Shown here in pieces: positions 16,438 through 25,817 of a DNA stretch of 39,145 bases (within the stretch, counting starts at the first letter, position 1; each line of letters opens with the position of its first letter). Source of the stretch: a virus (Duplodnaviria; Caudoviricetes). Location of the stretch: the IMG/VR virus record IMGVR_UViG_3300032305_000737, positions 1 to 39,145 of that record. The stretch is one strand, 5' to 3'. Below the pieces are notes generated by a model. The model was not told the DNA's origin, searched no databases, and was given only the letters and a program-made list of their open reading frames with translations. The position numbers were made by a program, and so were the translations under genes.

Positions 16438-18015
16438 ATGGCTAGAATTAACCCAGATAGAATGATGATTGATGGTGGTGGGGTTGAAATATCGCTCTCA
16501 CCAACATTTCTTCCAGAAGATTCTGGTGCAAGAAATGCCTTAGCAAACATTGCAGCCCAGCCAGCCCCTGCTTCAGTAGATGAACGAATTGCTCTTCGCA
16601 AACTACAGTCTGGTCAATCATTAACAGATGACGAAAAGCGTTCTCTTGGATTACCTGTTTCTACTGCTACGATAACTACACCTTCAACAAGTATTGCTAC
16701 AACCACAACTGCTGTAACGTCAACTGTTACAAAGTGGACAAAAGCATCAACAGTAAATACTGCTAATGGACCAGTCGATGTTGATGCAAATGGAATTGCA
16801 CAAGACGGAACCAAACCAGTTGCTGTAACAACTAAAATAGACGGAAATGTGCCAGCAGGTTTTACCGCTGGACCATTCCCTAAAGAATTAGAACAATACT
16901 TTGGCTCAAGTTCTGGATACCTTGGCTATCGAATTATTACTAATGAAGATGGAAGTCAGCAACTTGAGGTTGCAGATGCGCCAGGAAGCACAAAGACATT
17001 TGGTTTTAAATTTACACCCTCTGAGTCTGGTGGATATAAAAAGTTTACCTCTTCAACATTAGGACTTGGTGGCTCAACTACTGTAGTTGATACAAGCGGA
17101 AGCACTGGAGCCACAGGTTTTGATGTATTTAAAAATACACTATCATTATTTTTTGGTCCATCAGAAATAAGCAAGCCTTGGGTAAGTCAACTATATAAAA
17201 CCGTATCTGGTTTTACTAAGAGTGGCTCCACTCCAGAAGAAGCCTTTAATATGGCTCTTTTAGAATCACGTAATAATCCAGCAATGGCTGACTTTACTAA
17301 ACGATTCAAAGGTATATTTGCACTTCAAGATATGAAACAGCAAGGTAAGGCTGTTACTGTACCTACTGTCGCTGAGTATTTTGCAACAGAATCCAAGATG
17401 GGTGATATGCTTAAGGCATCTAACTTAGGTGATTTGGCTAACGAAGACTTCTTAGGAGATGTGCTCAGTAAGGGTGTATCTGCCACAGAGTTTGGTAACA
17501 GAATTACACAAATCTTTGACCGCATTGATAATGCACCAGATGTAATCAAGAAGACTATTGGAAGATACTTTCCATCTCTTGACCGCACACAACTTGCTAG
17601 GGCTTTGGCTTTGGGAGATAAGGGTGCTAAGCAACTTGAGCAAGAACTTGCTGGTTATGAAGTCCTTGCAGGTGCAGGTGCACAAGGTCTTGAGGTAAGT
17701 ACAGCACTTCCTGGTGGTATCACACTTGAGCAAGCACAACAGATTGCTAAGGGTGGCGGAACATACGCAAGCACTCTTCCACAGTTTGGTCAGATTGCTC
17801 GTGCTCGTGAGACAGAACAAAAACTTGCAGAGATTTCTGGAGTTAAATCACTTGGAGTTTCTGGTTTAACAAATGCAGTAATTGGCAAGTCTGCTGCAGA
17901 ACTTAAGGCACTAGAAGAATTAACAATGCAAGAAGAGGCACGTTTTGCAGGTAAGGCTGGAACCGCTGGTTCTAGAGCACTTGCATCACAATCTCGCGCT
18001 AATCGCGTAATCTAA
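16438..18015 (+). CDS. Putative internal virion/ejection protein
   Basis: 525 aa with a Thr-rich N-terminal half and a helical Ala/Gln-rich C-terminal half. Confidence 0.55.
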   Translation: MARINPDRMMIDGGGVEISLSPTFLPEDSGARNALANIAAQPAPASVDERIALRKLQSGQSLTDDEKRSLGLPVSTATITTPSTSIATTTTAVTSTVTKWTKASTVNTANGPVDVDANGIAQDGTKPVAVTTKIDGNVPAGFTAGPFPKELEQYFGSSSGYLGYRIITNEDGSQQLEVADAPGSTKTFGFKFTPSESGGYKKFTSSTLGLGGSTTVVDTSGSTGATGFDVFKNTLSLFFGPSEISKPWVSQLYKTVSGFTKSGSTPEEAFNMALLESRNNPAMADFTKRFKGIFALQDMKQQGKAVTVPTVAEYFATESKMGDMLKASNLGDLANEDFLGDVLSKGVSATEFGNRITQIFDRIDNAPDVIKKTIGRYFPSLDRTQLARALALGDKGAKQLEQELAGYEVLAGAGAQGLEVSTALPGGITLEQAQQIAKGGGTYASTLPQFGQIARARETEQKLAEISGVKSLGVSGLTNAVIGKSAAELKALEELTMQEEARFAGKAGTAGSRALASQSRANRVI

Positions 18016-18139
18016 AACAGAATCCTGAGCGGACCGACCAGCCCCGCCAGCGTAAAAGACTGGGAGTAAGAGCCAGACCATTTCCCCGAATGGTATCTGA
18101 GGCTTGCGAACTAACTACGAATAGAAGGGTGGCGTTGCT
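18016..18139 (+). promoter_or_regulatory. Structured leader of the scaffold-capsid genes
   Basis: GC-rich intergenic with stems gcgg/ccgc, ccag/ctgg and agcc-aga-ccatt/aatgg-tct-ggct. Confidence 0.45.
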
Positions 18140-18619
18140 ATGAGCAACAACTACTGGGACGACGAAGACGATGACCTAGATACAATCGAAGAAGCACCGA
18201 TGGATGGAAGTGACTTACTTAAAAAGTTACGAAAAGCCAAGCGTGCAGATGAGAAGCGTATTAAGGAACTTACTGAGCAACTTGAGACATTTTCCAAGGC
18301 GCAGCGTGAGTCAACTGTCAAGTCAGTACTAGAAAAGAAGGGCGTCAATCTTAAAGCAGCCCGTTTAGTAATGAAAGACTTAGATGAAATTAACGAAGAA
18401 TCAGTTTCTAACTGGCTCGATGATAATGCTGAGTTGTTCGGACTAACGGTTAACGAAGATAGTTCTAAGGTAACACAAGAAGACCGCGCTGCATTACGCA
18501 ACCAGGACTTGGTTACACAGAACGCTATGACCCCTGACCGAGCAAACGATATTGAATACAGAATGCAACAGGCTACGTCTGAAGAAGACATTCTGTCAAT
18601 TCTACGCTCACAACAATAA
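18140..18619 (+). CDS. Capsid scaffolding protein
   Basis: Acidic N-terminus and coiled coil; immediately upstream of the MCP. Confidence 0.8.
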   Translation: MSNNYWDDEDDDLDTIEEAPMDGSDLLKKLRKAKRADEKRIKELTEQLETFSKAQRESTVKSVLEKKGVNLKAARLVMKDLDEINEESVSNWLDDNAELFGLTVNEDSSKVTQEDRAALRNQDLVTQNAMTPDRANDIEYRMQQATSEEDILSILRSQQ

Positions 18620-18652
18620 TATCCGTTCATAGTCACTTGGAGGTGACCGCAT

Positions 18653-19852
18653 ATGCCTAACGCATATACATCCACAGGCTCTACCACTCTTGGTGGTACA
18701 GTCGGCGGTGCAGGTCTTGTACAGAAGGCGTATGACCGTCTTCTTGAGTTCGCTCTCCGCGCCGAACCACTAATTCGTTCAGTCGCAGACAAGACTCCAG
18801 CACAGCAATCAATCCCAGGTTCAACAGTAGTTCTACAGAAGTACGTTGACCTAAACGCAGTAACAGATACACTAACAGAGACAGTAGACCCAGATTCAGT
18901 CGCGTTGTCAACACCTAACACAGTTACAATTACTCTTAACGAGTACGGTAACTCTGTTCTTGTAACACGCGCTTTGGAACTATTCTCACTTGCAGACGTT
19001 GACCCAGCAATTGCTAACGTAATTGCGTTCAACCTTGCAGACTCAATCGATAAGGTTGCGATGACTACACTTAACGGTGGAACAAACGTAATCTACGGCG
19101 GTTCAACTGCCACATCAACAGCAACAATCACTGCTGCTGCAACACTAGACTCAGCAGACATCCGCAAGGCTGTTGCTAAGTTGCGTTCAGCAAAGGCTGC
19201 ATACCGCAAGGGTTCACTATACTGGACAGGTATCCACCCAGAAGTTTCACACGACCTTCGTGCAGAGACAGGCGCAGCAGGATGGCGCGACCCACACAAT
19301 TACTCTACACCAGAGAACATCTATGCTGGAGAAATTGGACAGTACGAAGGCGCATTCTTCGTAGAGTCACCACGCTTGTTCTCAACTAAGTCAGGTGCAG
19401 ACCAGACAGCATTGGCAACAACAACAGCAACAGTTGCAGGAACATCAGCAGGATTTACTCTTGGTGTTGCAGCGTCATCTGTTATTGGAACACGCGCTGA
19501 GGTTGGCGATAAGATTTCTGGAACAGGAATCGCATCTGGTGCAAAGATTACTGCAGTTTCAGTAAGCGGAGCAACAGAGACAATTACTGTAGACCTTGCT
19601 CACACAGCAGCAGTCACAGTAGGTGCAACAATCACAGTTACACCAGTAACTCGCGTATTCTCAACAATCGTATGTGGAAAGCAAGCAATGGCTCAGGCTG
19701 TTGCAGAAGAGCCACACGTTGTTATCGGACCAGTCGTTGACAAGTTGATGCGTTTCCGCCCAATGGGTTGGTACGGCGTACTCGGCTTTGCACGCTACCG
19801 TGAAGAAGCACTGTATCGTATCGAAACAGGCTCATCAATCGCTGCTCTCTAG
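18653..19852 (+). CDS. Major capsid protein (HK97 fold, N4-gp56-like)
   Basis: TITLNEYGN, IHPEVSHDLR, GEIGQYEG and DKLMRFRPMGWY motifs; GGAGGTG RBS; strongly biased codons. Confidence 0.92.
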   Translation: MPNAYTSTGSTTLGGTVGGAGLVQKAYDRLLEFALRAEPLIRSVADKTPAQQSIPGSTVVLQKYVDLNAVTDTLTETVDPDSVALSTPNTVTITLNEYGNSVLVTRALELFSLADVDPAIANVIAFNLADSIDKVAMTTLNGGTNVIYGGSTATSTATITAAATLDSADIRKAVAKLRSAKAAYRKGSLYWTGIHPEVSHDLRAETGAAGWRDPHNYSTPENIYAGEIGQYEGAFFVESPRLFSTKSGADQTALATTTATVAGTSAGFTLGVAASSVIGTRAEVGDKISGTGIASGAKITAVSVSGATETITVDLAHTAAVTVGATITVTPVTRVFSTIVCGKQAMAQAVAEEPHVVIGPVVDKLMRFRPMGWYGVLGFARYREEALYRIETGSSIAAL

Positions 19853-19865
19853 TAGTTAATTGACG

Positions 19866-19893
19866 GGTGGGCAGAGGGAAACCTCTGCTCATC
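19866..19893 (+). terminator. Hairpin after the MCP (terminator or mRNA stabiliser)
   Basis: ggtgggcagagg-GAAA-cctctgctcatc; no U-tract. Confidence 0.6.
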
Positions 19894-19916
19894 AGTAAGT
19901 TCACTAAGGAGGACTA

Positions 19917-20186
19917 ATGGCTACTTGGCTATTCAGAACACCAACAGTACAAGAAGGTCCTATTGGTGATGCACGCCTATTTTACTTCTATAAATTAGAT
20001 GTAGGGGTGTCAATCGTAAAGCAAAACGGAGTCTACTCCCAAGAACGATACATCCTTGATTCGGATATCCCAACATTCGAGCAGGTTTATCGTGGTGGCA
20101 GAAACTACAACGTTGACGATGCAACAAAGGCAGCATTAATTGCTGGCGGTGTTGGCGTTACAGAGGCAAACTTTACAGAAGTATAG
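19917..20186 (+). CDS. Hypothetical virion protein
   Basis: AAGGAGG RBS; 89 aa. Confidence 0.8.
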   Translation: MATWLFRTPTVQEGPIGDARLFYFYKLDVGVSIVKQNGVYSQERYILDSDIPTFEQVYRGGRNYNVDDATKAALIAGGVGVTEANFTEV

Positions 20187-20192
20187 GGACAA

Positions 20193-20507
20193 ATGGGATT
20201 ACATCAAAGACAGACACATCCAGAGTATGTAGAAGGTTGCTTTGGTTGCAAGATACAACTTCTTGAATTATCTACTGGCGATGCCAAGAGAGATATATCT
20301 GATAAGAAGTGGGTCGGAGAATTGAATGCCTACAAAGAAGCAAGAGCACAAGGTATTCAACCAGCAGGAACAACGCACAAACATATCCAACAGGCATACA
20401 CGGCAAGTGAAGTTCTCAATAAACCTTACAACGCTGACACTATGCCAACTGCAAAAAACATAACCAAACAATCCGTCGAAGTGATGAAAGAAATAGGAGC
20501 AATATAA
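20193..20507 (+). CDS. Hypothetical protein (H...CxxC)
   Basis: 104 aa containing THPEYVEGCFGC. Confidence 0.75.
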   Translation: MGLHQRQTHPEYVEGCFGCKIQLLELSTGDAKRDISDKKWVGELNAYKEARAQGIQPAGTTHKHIQQAYTASEVLNKPYNADTMPTAKNITKQSVEVMKEIGAI

Positions 20508-20677
20508 TGCCAATGGTCGGAAAAAAAGCATTCCCATACACACCCGCAGGTAAGAAGGCAGCCAAGGCTTATGCTGCTGGAGAAAAGATGGAATCCAAGT
20601 CTGAAAAGATGATGGAAATGAAAAAGGGTATGAAGAAGAAGGTTGCTAAAAAAGTTGCTAAGAAGAAGATGAAGTAA
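20507..20677 (+). CDS. 56-aa lysine-rich protein
   Basis: MPMVGKKAFPYTPAGKKAAK...KKKVAKKVAKKKMK; AGGAG RBS; TAATG coupling. Confidence 0.75.
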   Translation: MPMVGKKAFPYTPAGKKAAKAYAAGEKMESKSEKMMEMKKGMKKKVAKKVAKKKMK

Positions 20678-20679
20678 TT

Positions 20680-20967
20680 ATGGCAATGTCATATAATACT
20701 GGCAAAAAGTCAGCAGCAACGAAGAAGTCAGACCCATCCAATACAAAGCCATTCAACGTTCGGTTAATTAAGCCAGAAGAAATTATTAAAGATAAGCCTA
20801 AGGCTAAGGCTTCAACTGCCGATGCAGCACGCAAGCAGGCAACTGACCGTGCACAAATGCTTCGCGGTGAATCAGCAGAAGACAAGGCTTACCGCACACT
20901 TATGGAAAAGTATAACTATGACGTTACAAAGATTCCAGGTTTTAAAAGCGGCGGAGGCACACGATGA
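20680..20967 (+). CDS. Basic hypothetical protein
   Basis: 95 aa, Lys/Ala-rich. Confidence 0.7.
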   Translation: MAMSYNTGKKSAATKKSDPSNTKPFNVRLIKPEEIIKDKPKAKASTADAARKQATDRAQMLRGESAEDKAYRTLMEKYNYDVTKIPGFKSGGGTR

Positions 20968-21140
20968 AAAAGGCACATCCAGGATTTAAGAAAGTTGCCC
21001 AAACAATCGCTAAGAAGCAAGGCGTTTCTATGGAACGCGCTGGTGCAATCCTTGCTGCTGGTGCTCGCAAAGCATCCAAGAAAGCAGTCAAGGCTAACCC
21101 ACGTCTTAAGAAAGTATCTGGCGTAAAGAAGGGTAAGTAA
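20964..21140 (+). CDS. 58-aa lysine-rich protein
   Basis: MKKAHPGFKKVAQTIAKKQGVSMERAGAILAAGARKASKKAVKANPRLKKVSGVKKGK; GGAGG RBS. Confidence 0.75.
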   Translation: MKKAHPGFKKVAQTIAKKQGVSMERAGAILAAGARKASKKAVKANPRLKKVSGVKKGK

Positions 21141-21310
21141 TGATGAAAAACAAAGTTGAGAAAGTAATGGGCGAGTTCAAGCGGGGAACACTTCACTCTG
21201 GTAAAGGTGGGAAAGTTGTTAAATCTCGTAAGCAGGCTGTGGCTATTGCTCTCTCTGAAGCAGGCAAGTCAAAACCAAAAAAGACTGTTAAGAAGGCGAA
21301 GAAAAAATAA
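21140..21310 (+). CDS. 56-aa basic protein, DUF6496-like
   Basis: KVEKVMGEFKRGTLHSGKGGKVVKSRKQAVAIALSEA; the family name is from recall. Confidence 0.75.
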   Translation: MMKNKVEKVMGEFKRGTLHSGKGGKVVKSRKQAVAIALSEAGKSKPKKTVKKAKKK

Positions 21311-21564
21311 TGGACCCAAGACTAAAGCGAGCAGGAGTATCAGGCTTTAACAAGCCTAAGCGTACACCGAGTCATCCCAAGAAGTCACACGTTGTTGTGG
21401 CTAAAGAGGGAGATAAGGTCAAAACTATTCGCTTTGGTCAACAGGGAGTTACTGGCGATAAGAAGCCGACTGCACGTCAAGTATCATTTAAGGCTAGACA
21501 CGCAAAGAATATTGCTAAAGGAAAGATGTCAGCAGCCTACTGGGCAGACAAGGTGAAGTGGTGA
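21310..21564 (+). CDS. Basic hypothetical protein (IRFG...SFKARH...AYWA..W)
   Basis: 84 aa, TAATG-coupled. Confidence 0.8.
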   Translation: MDPRLKRAGVSGFNKPKRTPSHPKKSHVVVAKEGDKVKTIRFGQQGVTGDKKPTARQVSFKARHAKNIAKGKMSAAYWADKVKW

Positions 21565-21719
21565 AAAAGAAAGCATTCTGGGACAAGAAGAATCCTAACA
21601 AGAAATCAACACCTTTGACTGCAGCACAAAAGGCTAAAGCAAAGGCAAGAGCAAAAGCAGCAGGACGACCTTACCCAAACTTAGTAGACAATGCAGCAGT
21701 GAAAAGAAAGGCTAACTAA
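21561..21719 (+). CDS. 52-aa lysine-rich protein
   Basis: GTG start; KKKAFWDKKNPNKKSTPLTAAQKAKAKARAKAAGRPYPNLVDNAAVKRKAN; coupled on both sides. Confidence 0.7.
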   Translation: MKKKAFWDKKNPNKKSTPLTAAQKAKAKARAKAAGRPYPNLVDNAAVKRKAN

Positions 21720-21985
21720 TGGCTAGTGTTCCAGGTTTATCATTTTGTGCTGAACTCAATCGTTTGGCAAATGGTGGAGATTATCCACTAATGACTGCGT
21801 TCAAAGAGTCACAAGGCGCAGCCAATGCTTGGGCTGGGACAACAGGCAAGGGCTTAATCGCTGCTCTGAACTACAAGGCTGATGCTGGTCGTCAACCTAA
21901 TAACTTTAAAAACCTTAATGCTATCTGTAACGAGTTAGCATCTACTACTGGACTATCTGCTCTTGCAGCATTAAGGACTATCTAA
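21719..21985 (+). CDS. Hypothetical virion protein
   Basis: 88 aa with an internal repeat (AGTTGKGLIAAL / ASTTGLSALAAL). Confidence 0.75.
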   Translation: MASVPGLSFCAELNRLANGGDYPLMTAFKESQGAANAWAGTTGKGLIAALNYKADAGRQPNNFKNLNAICNELASTTGLSALAALRTI

Positions 21986-22902
21986 TGCCAAATCTATCAA
22001 GTATGATTGATGAAGTGCTTATTAACCTTGCAGGTTATACATATCAGCAGGATAGAGCAACCTACATTACTCAAGATGTTGCCGCTACGGCATCTACCAT
22101 TGCTAGCCCAATCACTTTGCAGTTAGCATCTACCGATAATATTGGTAAGGGCGCTATTGAGATTGATGAAGAACTGTTTTGGTTAGACTCATTTGACCGC
22201 GTATCTAACACAGCCACCGTTCCTCCTTATGGTCGTGGCTACTTAGGTACAGATATTGCTGCACACACTGCTGGAACTAAGGTTACTATCACACCTACCT
22301 TCCCACGCTATGTAATTAAGAAAGCAATTAACGATACTATTGCAGCCTTTGGCGCTACTATCTTTGCAGTTAAGACAACATCATTTGTTTTCAATGCAGC
22401 ACAGACTACATACGCATTTAACAACTTGAACATCCACAACATTATGACAATTATGTGGCAAGACATTGGACCTTCAGAAGAGTGGTTCCCAATCCGTCGT
22501 TGGTCTTGGGATTCATTGGCTTCAACTACAGCATTTGGTGCTGGAGCACAGACCGTAACAATTGGTGACTTTGTTCAACCAGGTCGTACGGTCAAGGTTG
22601 TATATGCAACTGACCCTGAACCATTTACTAGTAACTCACAAGACTTTGCAACTCAGACAGGATTACCTAACTCAGCACGCGATGTTGCAATCCTGGGCGC
22701 TTCATATCGCTTACTCACATATTTGGACCCTGCTCGTGCTGCACAAGTTAGCCCACAGGCTGACGAGACAGACAGTAAGCGTCCATATGGTGCATCACAG
22801 AGTGCAACGAAGCAACTCTACGCACTTTACATACAACGTTTAAATGAAGAAACAGCAAGACAGCAAGCCCAGTATCCAATCCGCGTTCACTACAGCCGAT
22901 AG
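21985..22902 (+). CDS. Putative head-tail adaptor (tail tubular protein A-like)
   Basis: 305 aa with helical termini around a beta-rich core; position before the fibre gene. Confidence 0.55.
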   Translation: MPNLSSMIDEVLINLAGYTYQQDRATYITQDVAATASTIASPITLQLASTDNIGKGAIEIDEELFWLDSFDRVSNTATVPPYGRGYLGTDIAAHTAGTKVTITPTFPRYVIKKAINDTIAAFGATIFAVKTTSFVFNAAQTTYAFNNLNIHNIMTIMWQDIGPSEEWFPIRRWSWDSLASTTAFGAGAQTVTIGDFVQPGRTVKVVYATDPEPFTSNSQDFATQTGLPNSARDVAILGASYRLLTYLDPARAAQVSPQADETDSKRPYGASQSATKQLYALYIQRLNEETARQQAQYPIRVHYSR

Positions 22903-22910
22903 GTAAATAA

Positions 22911-24590
22911 ATGACAACAAGAAAATATTCCTCACGCTCCCAGCAAACTACGCTAGCAGCCAACCTTACAGATGCAGCAACAAGTTGTACTGTAGTTTCT
23001 GGCTCAGCGTTACTTGGTGGAGCAACCGTCCCCGCTGGTACAACATTTACTGTTGTCATTGACCCAGATACAGCCCTCGAAGAAATTGTAGATGTCACGG
23101 TTGTTAGTACTAACGTATTAACAATTACCCGTGGGGTTGAAAATAACGGTACTGGTCAGGCTCACTCCGCTGGTGCTGCTGTTCGCCATATGGCAATCGG
23201 TCGTGACTTCCGAGAAGCCAACCTTCACATCGAAGCAACTGGTGGATACAACGATGGTACTGGTGCTCACACAATGCACGGTATCGCATCAGGTGAAGGC
23301 GACGTTGTAGGTACACTTAAGACTCAAACTCTTACTAACAAGACTTTAACAGCACCTACTATTACTAACCCAAGCATCTCTGGTGCTGGTGTAGATGCAA
23401 GCATTGTCTTTGAAGGCGCAACACCAGATGCCTTTGAGACTACGCTCACAGTAGTAGACCCAACTCAAGACAACACAGTTACACTGCCTAATACAACTGG
23501 TACAGTAGTAATTGCTAACGCAGCCCAGACTCTAACCAACAAGACTATCGATATGACTGGCGTAACACTTACTGGTCTTTCATCTGCTGGTATGACAACA
23601 TCTTCTGCTACACCAAAGTCGTATGTAGATAGCATCCTAGGTTCTGCTCAAGCAGCAGAAATTAGTGCAGCATCTGCTGCAACGTCTGCTACATCTGCTG
23701 CTACAAGCGCTACAAGCGCAGCAGCCAGTGCGGCAACAGCAGCATCCTCTGCAACTACATCTGCTAACTCAGCAACAGCGGCAGCAACAAGTGCTACCTC
23801 AGCAGCGGCATCTGCTACGGCAGCGGCTACATCAGCCACATCTGCTGCAGCAAGTGCAACTACTGCTGCTAACTCAGTAGCAACAATTGCAGGCTATGCA
23901 AGTGCTGCTGCTACATCTGCAACTAGCGCTTCTACTAGCGCGTCTTCTGCTGCTACATCAGCAACATCTTCTGCCAATAGTGCAACTGCCTCAGCATCAA
24001 GTGCTAGCGCATCTGCTACATCTGCAACAGCATCTGCATCATCTGCAAGTGCTGCTGCTACAAGTGCCTCAAGTGCAGCAACATCAGCAACCGCTGCAGC
24101 GACATCTGCTGCTAGCGCAGCAACAAGTGCAGCCTCGGCTGCAGCAGCAGTTGCGGCATCCTTTACCGCAAAGGGTGAGTTACTGGCTGGTACGGGACCA
24201 AGCGCATTCAGCCCATTAACAGTAGCGGCAACTAATGGATACGTTCTTAGCGTAAACTCAGCAACAGCAACAGGTCTTGAATGGGCTGCTGCTAACGCTG
24301 GAGATATTACAGGTGTAACTGCTGGTACAGGATTATCTGGTGGTGGAACATCAGGTGCTGTAACAGTAAGTCTTGACACATCATCTGTGTATGTGGTACC
24401 CTCTCAGTCGGGACAATCAGGTAAGTACTTAACAACTAATGGAACCGCTTCATCTTGGGGAGCAGTAGATGCATTACCATCACAGACTGGAAACTCAGGA
24501 AAATATTTGACCACCAACGGAACAGCCGCTGCGTGGGCTTCAATCGTAACCGACCCTACACCGTCAGTATTTATGCTGATGGGTGCCTAA
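22911..24590 (+). CDS. Tail fibre protein with Ala/Ser/Thr-rich coiled-coil shaft
   Basis: QTLTNKT repeats, about 180 aa of SAATSA repeats, GDITGVTAGTGLSGGG, and two PSQxGxSGKYLTTNGT repeats. Confidence 0.85.
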   Translation: MTTRKYSSRSQQTTLAANLTDAATSCTVVSGSALLGGATVPAGTTFTVVIDPDTALEEIVDVTVVSTNVLTITRGVENNGTGQAHSAGAAVRHMAIGRDFREANLHIEATGGYNDGTGAHTMHGIASGEGDVVGTLKTQTLTNKTLTAPTITNPSISGAGVDASIVFEGATPDAFETTLTVVDPTQDNTVTLPNTTGTVVIANAAQTLTNKTIDMTGVTLTGLSSAGMTTSSATPKSYVDSILGSAQAAEISAASAATSATSAATSATSAAASAATAASSATTSANSATAAATSATSAAASATAAATSATSAAASATTAANSVATIAGYASAAATSATSASTSASSAATSATSSANSATASASSASASATSATASASSASAAATSASSAATSATAAATSAASAATSAASAAAAVAASFTAKGELLAGTGPSAFSPLTVAATNGYVLSVNSATATGLEWAAANAGDITGVTAGTGLSGGGTSGAVTVSLDTSSVYVVPSQSGQSGKYLTTNGTASSWGAVDALPSQTGNSGKYLTTNGTAAAWASIVTDPTPSVFMLMGA

Positions 24591-24606
24591 GCAAAGGATA
24601 TAAACA

Positions 24607-24933
24607 ATGGCAAAGAAAGTACTTGGGCAAGTAAACCCATCTGCAACAACACTTACAACTCTATACACAGTACCTGCTTCTAAAGAAGCGGTAGTCTCAT
24701 CTATCTCAGTTGCTAACCTAACTGCAACTGCTGCAACATTTAGACTGGCAGTACGTCCAGCAGGTGCATCAATTGCTAACCAGCACTACATTGGATATGA
24801 CATTACAGTCGGAGCATCTGACTCAACAATCATTACAGTAGGTCTAACACTTGCAACAACAGATGTACTATCAGTCTACGCTTCTACAGCAAACGTTGCT
24901 TTCCAGGCGTTTGGAGACGAGGCTTCGGTCTAA
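24607..24933 (+). CDS. Small beta-rich tail-associated protein
   Basis: 108 aa containing TTLYTVPA; follows the fibre gene. Confidence 0.7.
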   Translation: MAKKVLGQVNPSATTLTTLYTVPASKEAVVSSISVANLTATAATFRLAVRPAGASIANQHYIGYDITVGASDSTIITVGLTLATTDVLSVYASTANVAFQAFGDEASV

Positions 24934-25808
24934 TGTCAATCTCTAGTCTTAAGACTGGTACTGTATCTCCATCTAGTTTACTGGCTGGCAATGGTGGTTT
25001 AGTATTTGTTGACTACCTTGTAGTAGCAGGTGGTGGTGGAGCAAGTGGTTATTACGCTGGCTCTGGTGGTGGCGCAGGTGGGTATAGAACTGGTGAAACT
25101 TTTCCTCTTATAGGAACAACTACAATTACTATTGGTGCTGGTGGTATTGGTGCAAACAGTACTTCTGGCGGTGCTAATTATGGAATACCAACTAGCGGGT
25201 CAGATTCAATTTTATCAACCATCACATCAACTGGCGGTGGCTACGGTTCAACTTTTAACAATGGCGCTAATGGTGGCTCTGGTGGTGGTGGTGGTAATGG
25301 CTCATCAGGAACTGCTGGTACAGGTAATACCCCATCAACAAGTCCATCCCAAGGAAACAATGGTTCGGTAGGTTCAACCGATAATACAACTTTTACAAAC
25401 GGCGGTGCTGGTGGTGGCGCTGGGGCTGCAGCCTCTGCTGCTGTTGGAGCAACTCGCGCTGGTAACGGTGGTAACGGTTCTGCATCTTCAATCACAGGCT
25501 CATCTGTAACTTATGCAGGTGGCGGTGGTGGAGCAGCGCAAGCAGGAAGTGCTGGAACTGGTGGAACTGGTGGAGGCGGTGCTGGCGTTACTGGTAACAA
25601 TGATGGAAACAACGGAACTGCAAACCTTGGTGGTGGCGGAGGCGGTGCTAATGGTGGAACAACTCGTACTGGTGGCAACGGTGGTTCGGGTGTAGTTATC
25701 CTTCGTGCATTGCGAGCAGCAACATCTACTACAGGTTCTCCTACTGCAACTACATCTGGTAGTTATTATATTTATCAATTTACTGGCTCAGGCACAATTA
25801 CATTCTAA
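24933..25808 (+). CDS. Glycine-rich tail protein 1
   Basis: VDYLVVAGGGG, YAGGGGG, GGSGVVI and FTGSGTITF motifs. Confidence 0.85.
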   Translation: MSISSLKTGTVSPSSLLAGNGGLVFVDYLVVAGGGGASGYYAGSGGGAGGYRTGETFPLIGTTTITIGAGGIGANSTSGGANYGIPTSGSDSILSTITSTGGGYGSTFNNGANGGSGGGGGNGSSGTAGTGNTPSTSPSQGNNGSVGSTDNTTFTNGGAGGGAGAAASAAVGATRAGNGGNGSASSITGSSVTYAGGGGGAAQAGSAGTGGTGGGGAGVTGNNDGNNGTANLGGGGGGANGGTTRTGGNGGSGVVILRALRAATSTTGSPTATTSGSYYIYQFTGSGTITF

Positions 25809-25817
25809 GGAGTAACA

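Noticed and set aside
18024-18066. Hammerhead ribozyme or a third tRNA-like element (CAGCCCCGC)
   Set aside because: The core CUGANGA/GAAA is not matched, and there is no downstream GCGGGG partner or T-loop.
18151-19032. 293-aa antisense ORF over scaffold and MCP
   Set aside because: Shadow frame produced by codon bias of highly expressed genes; no recognisable protein features.
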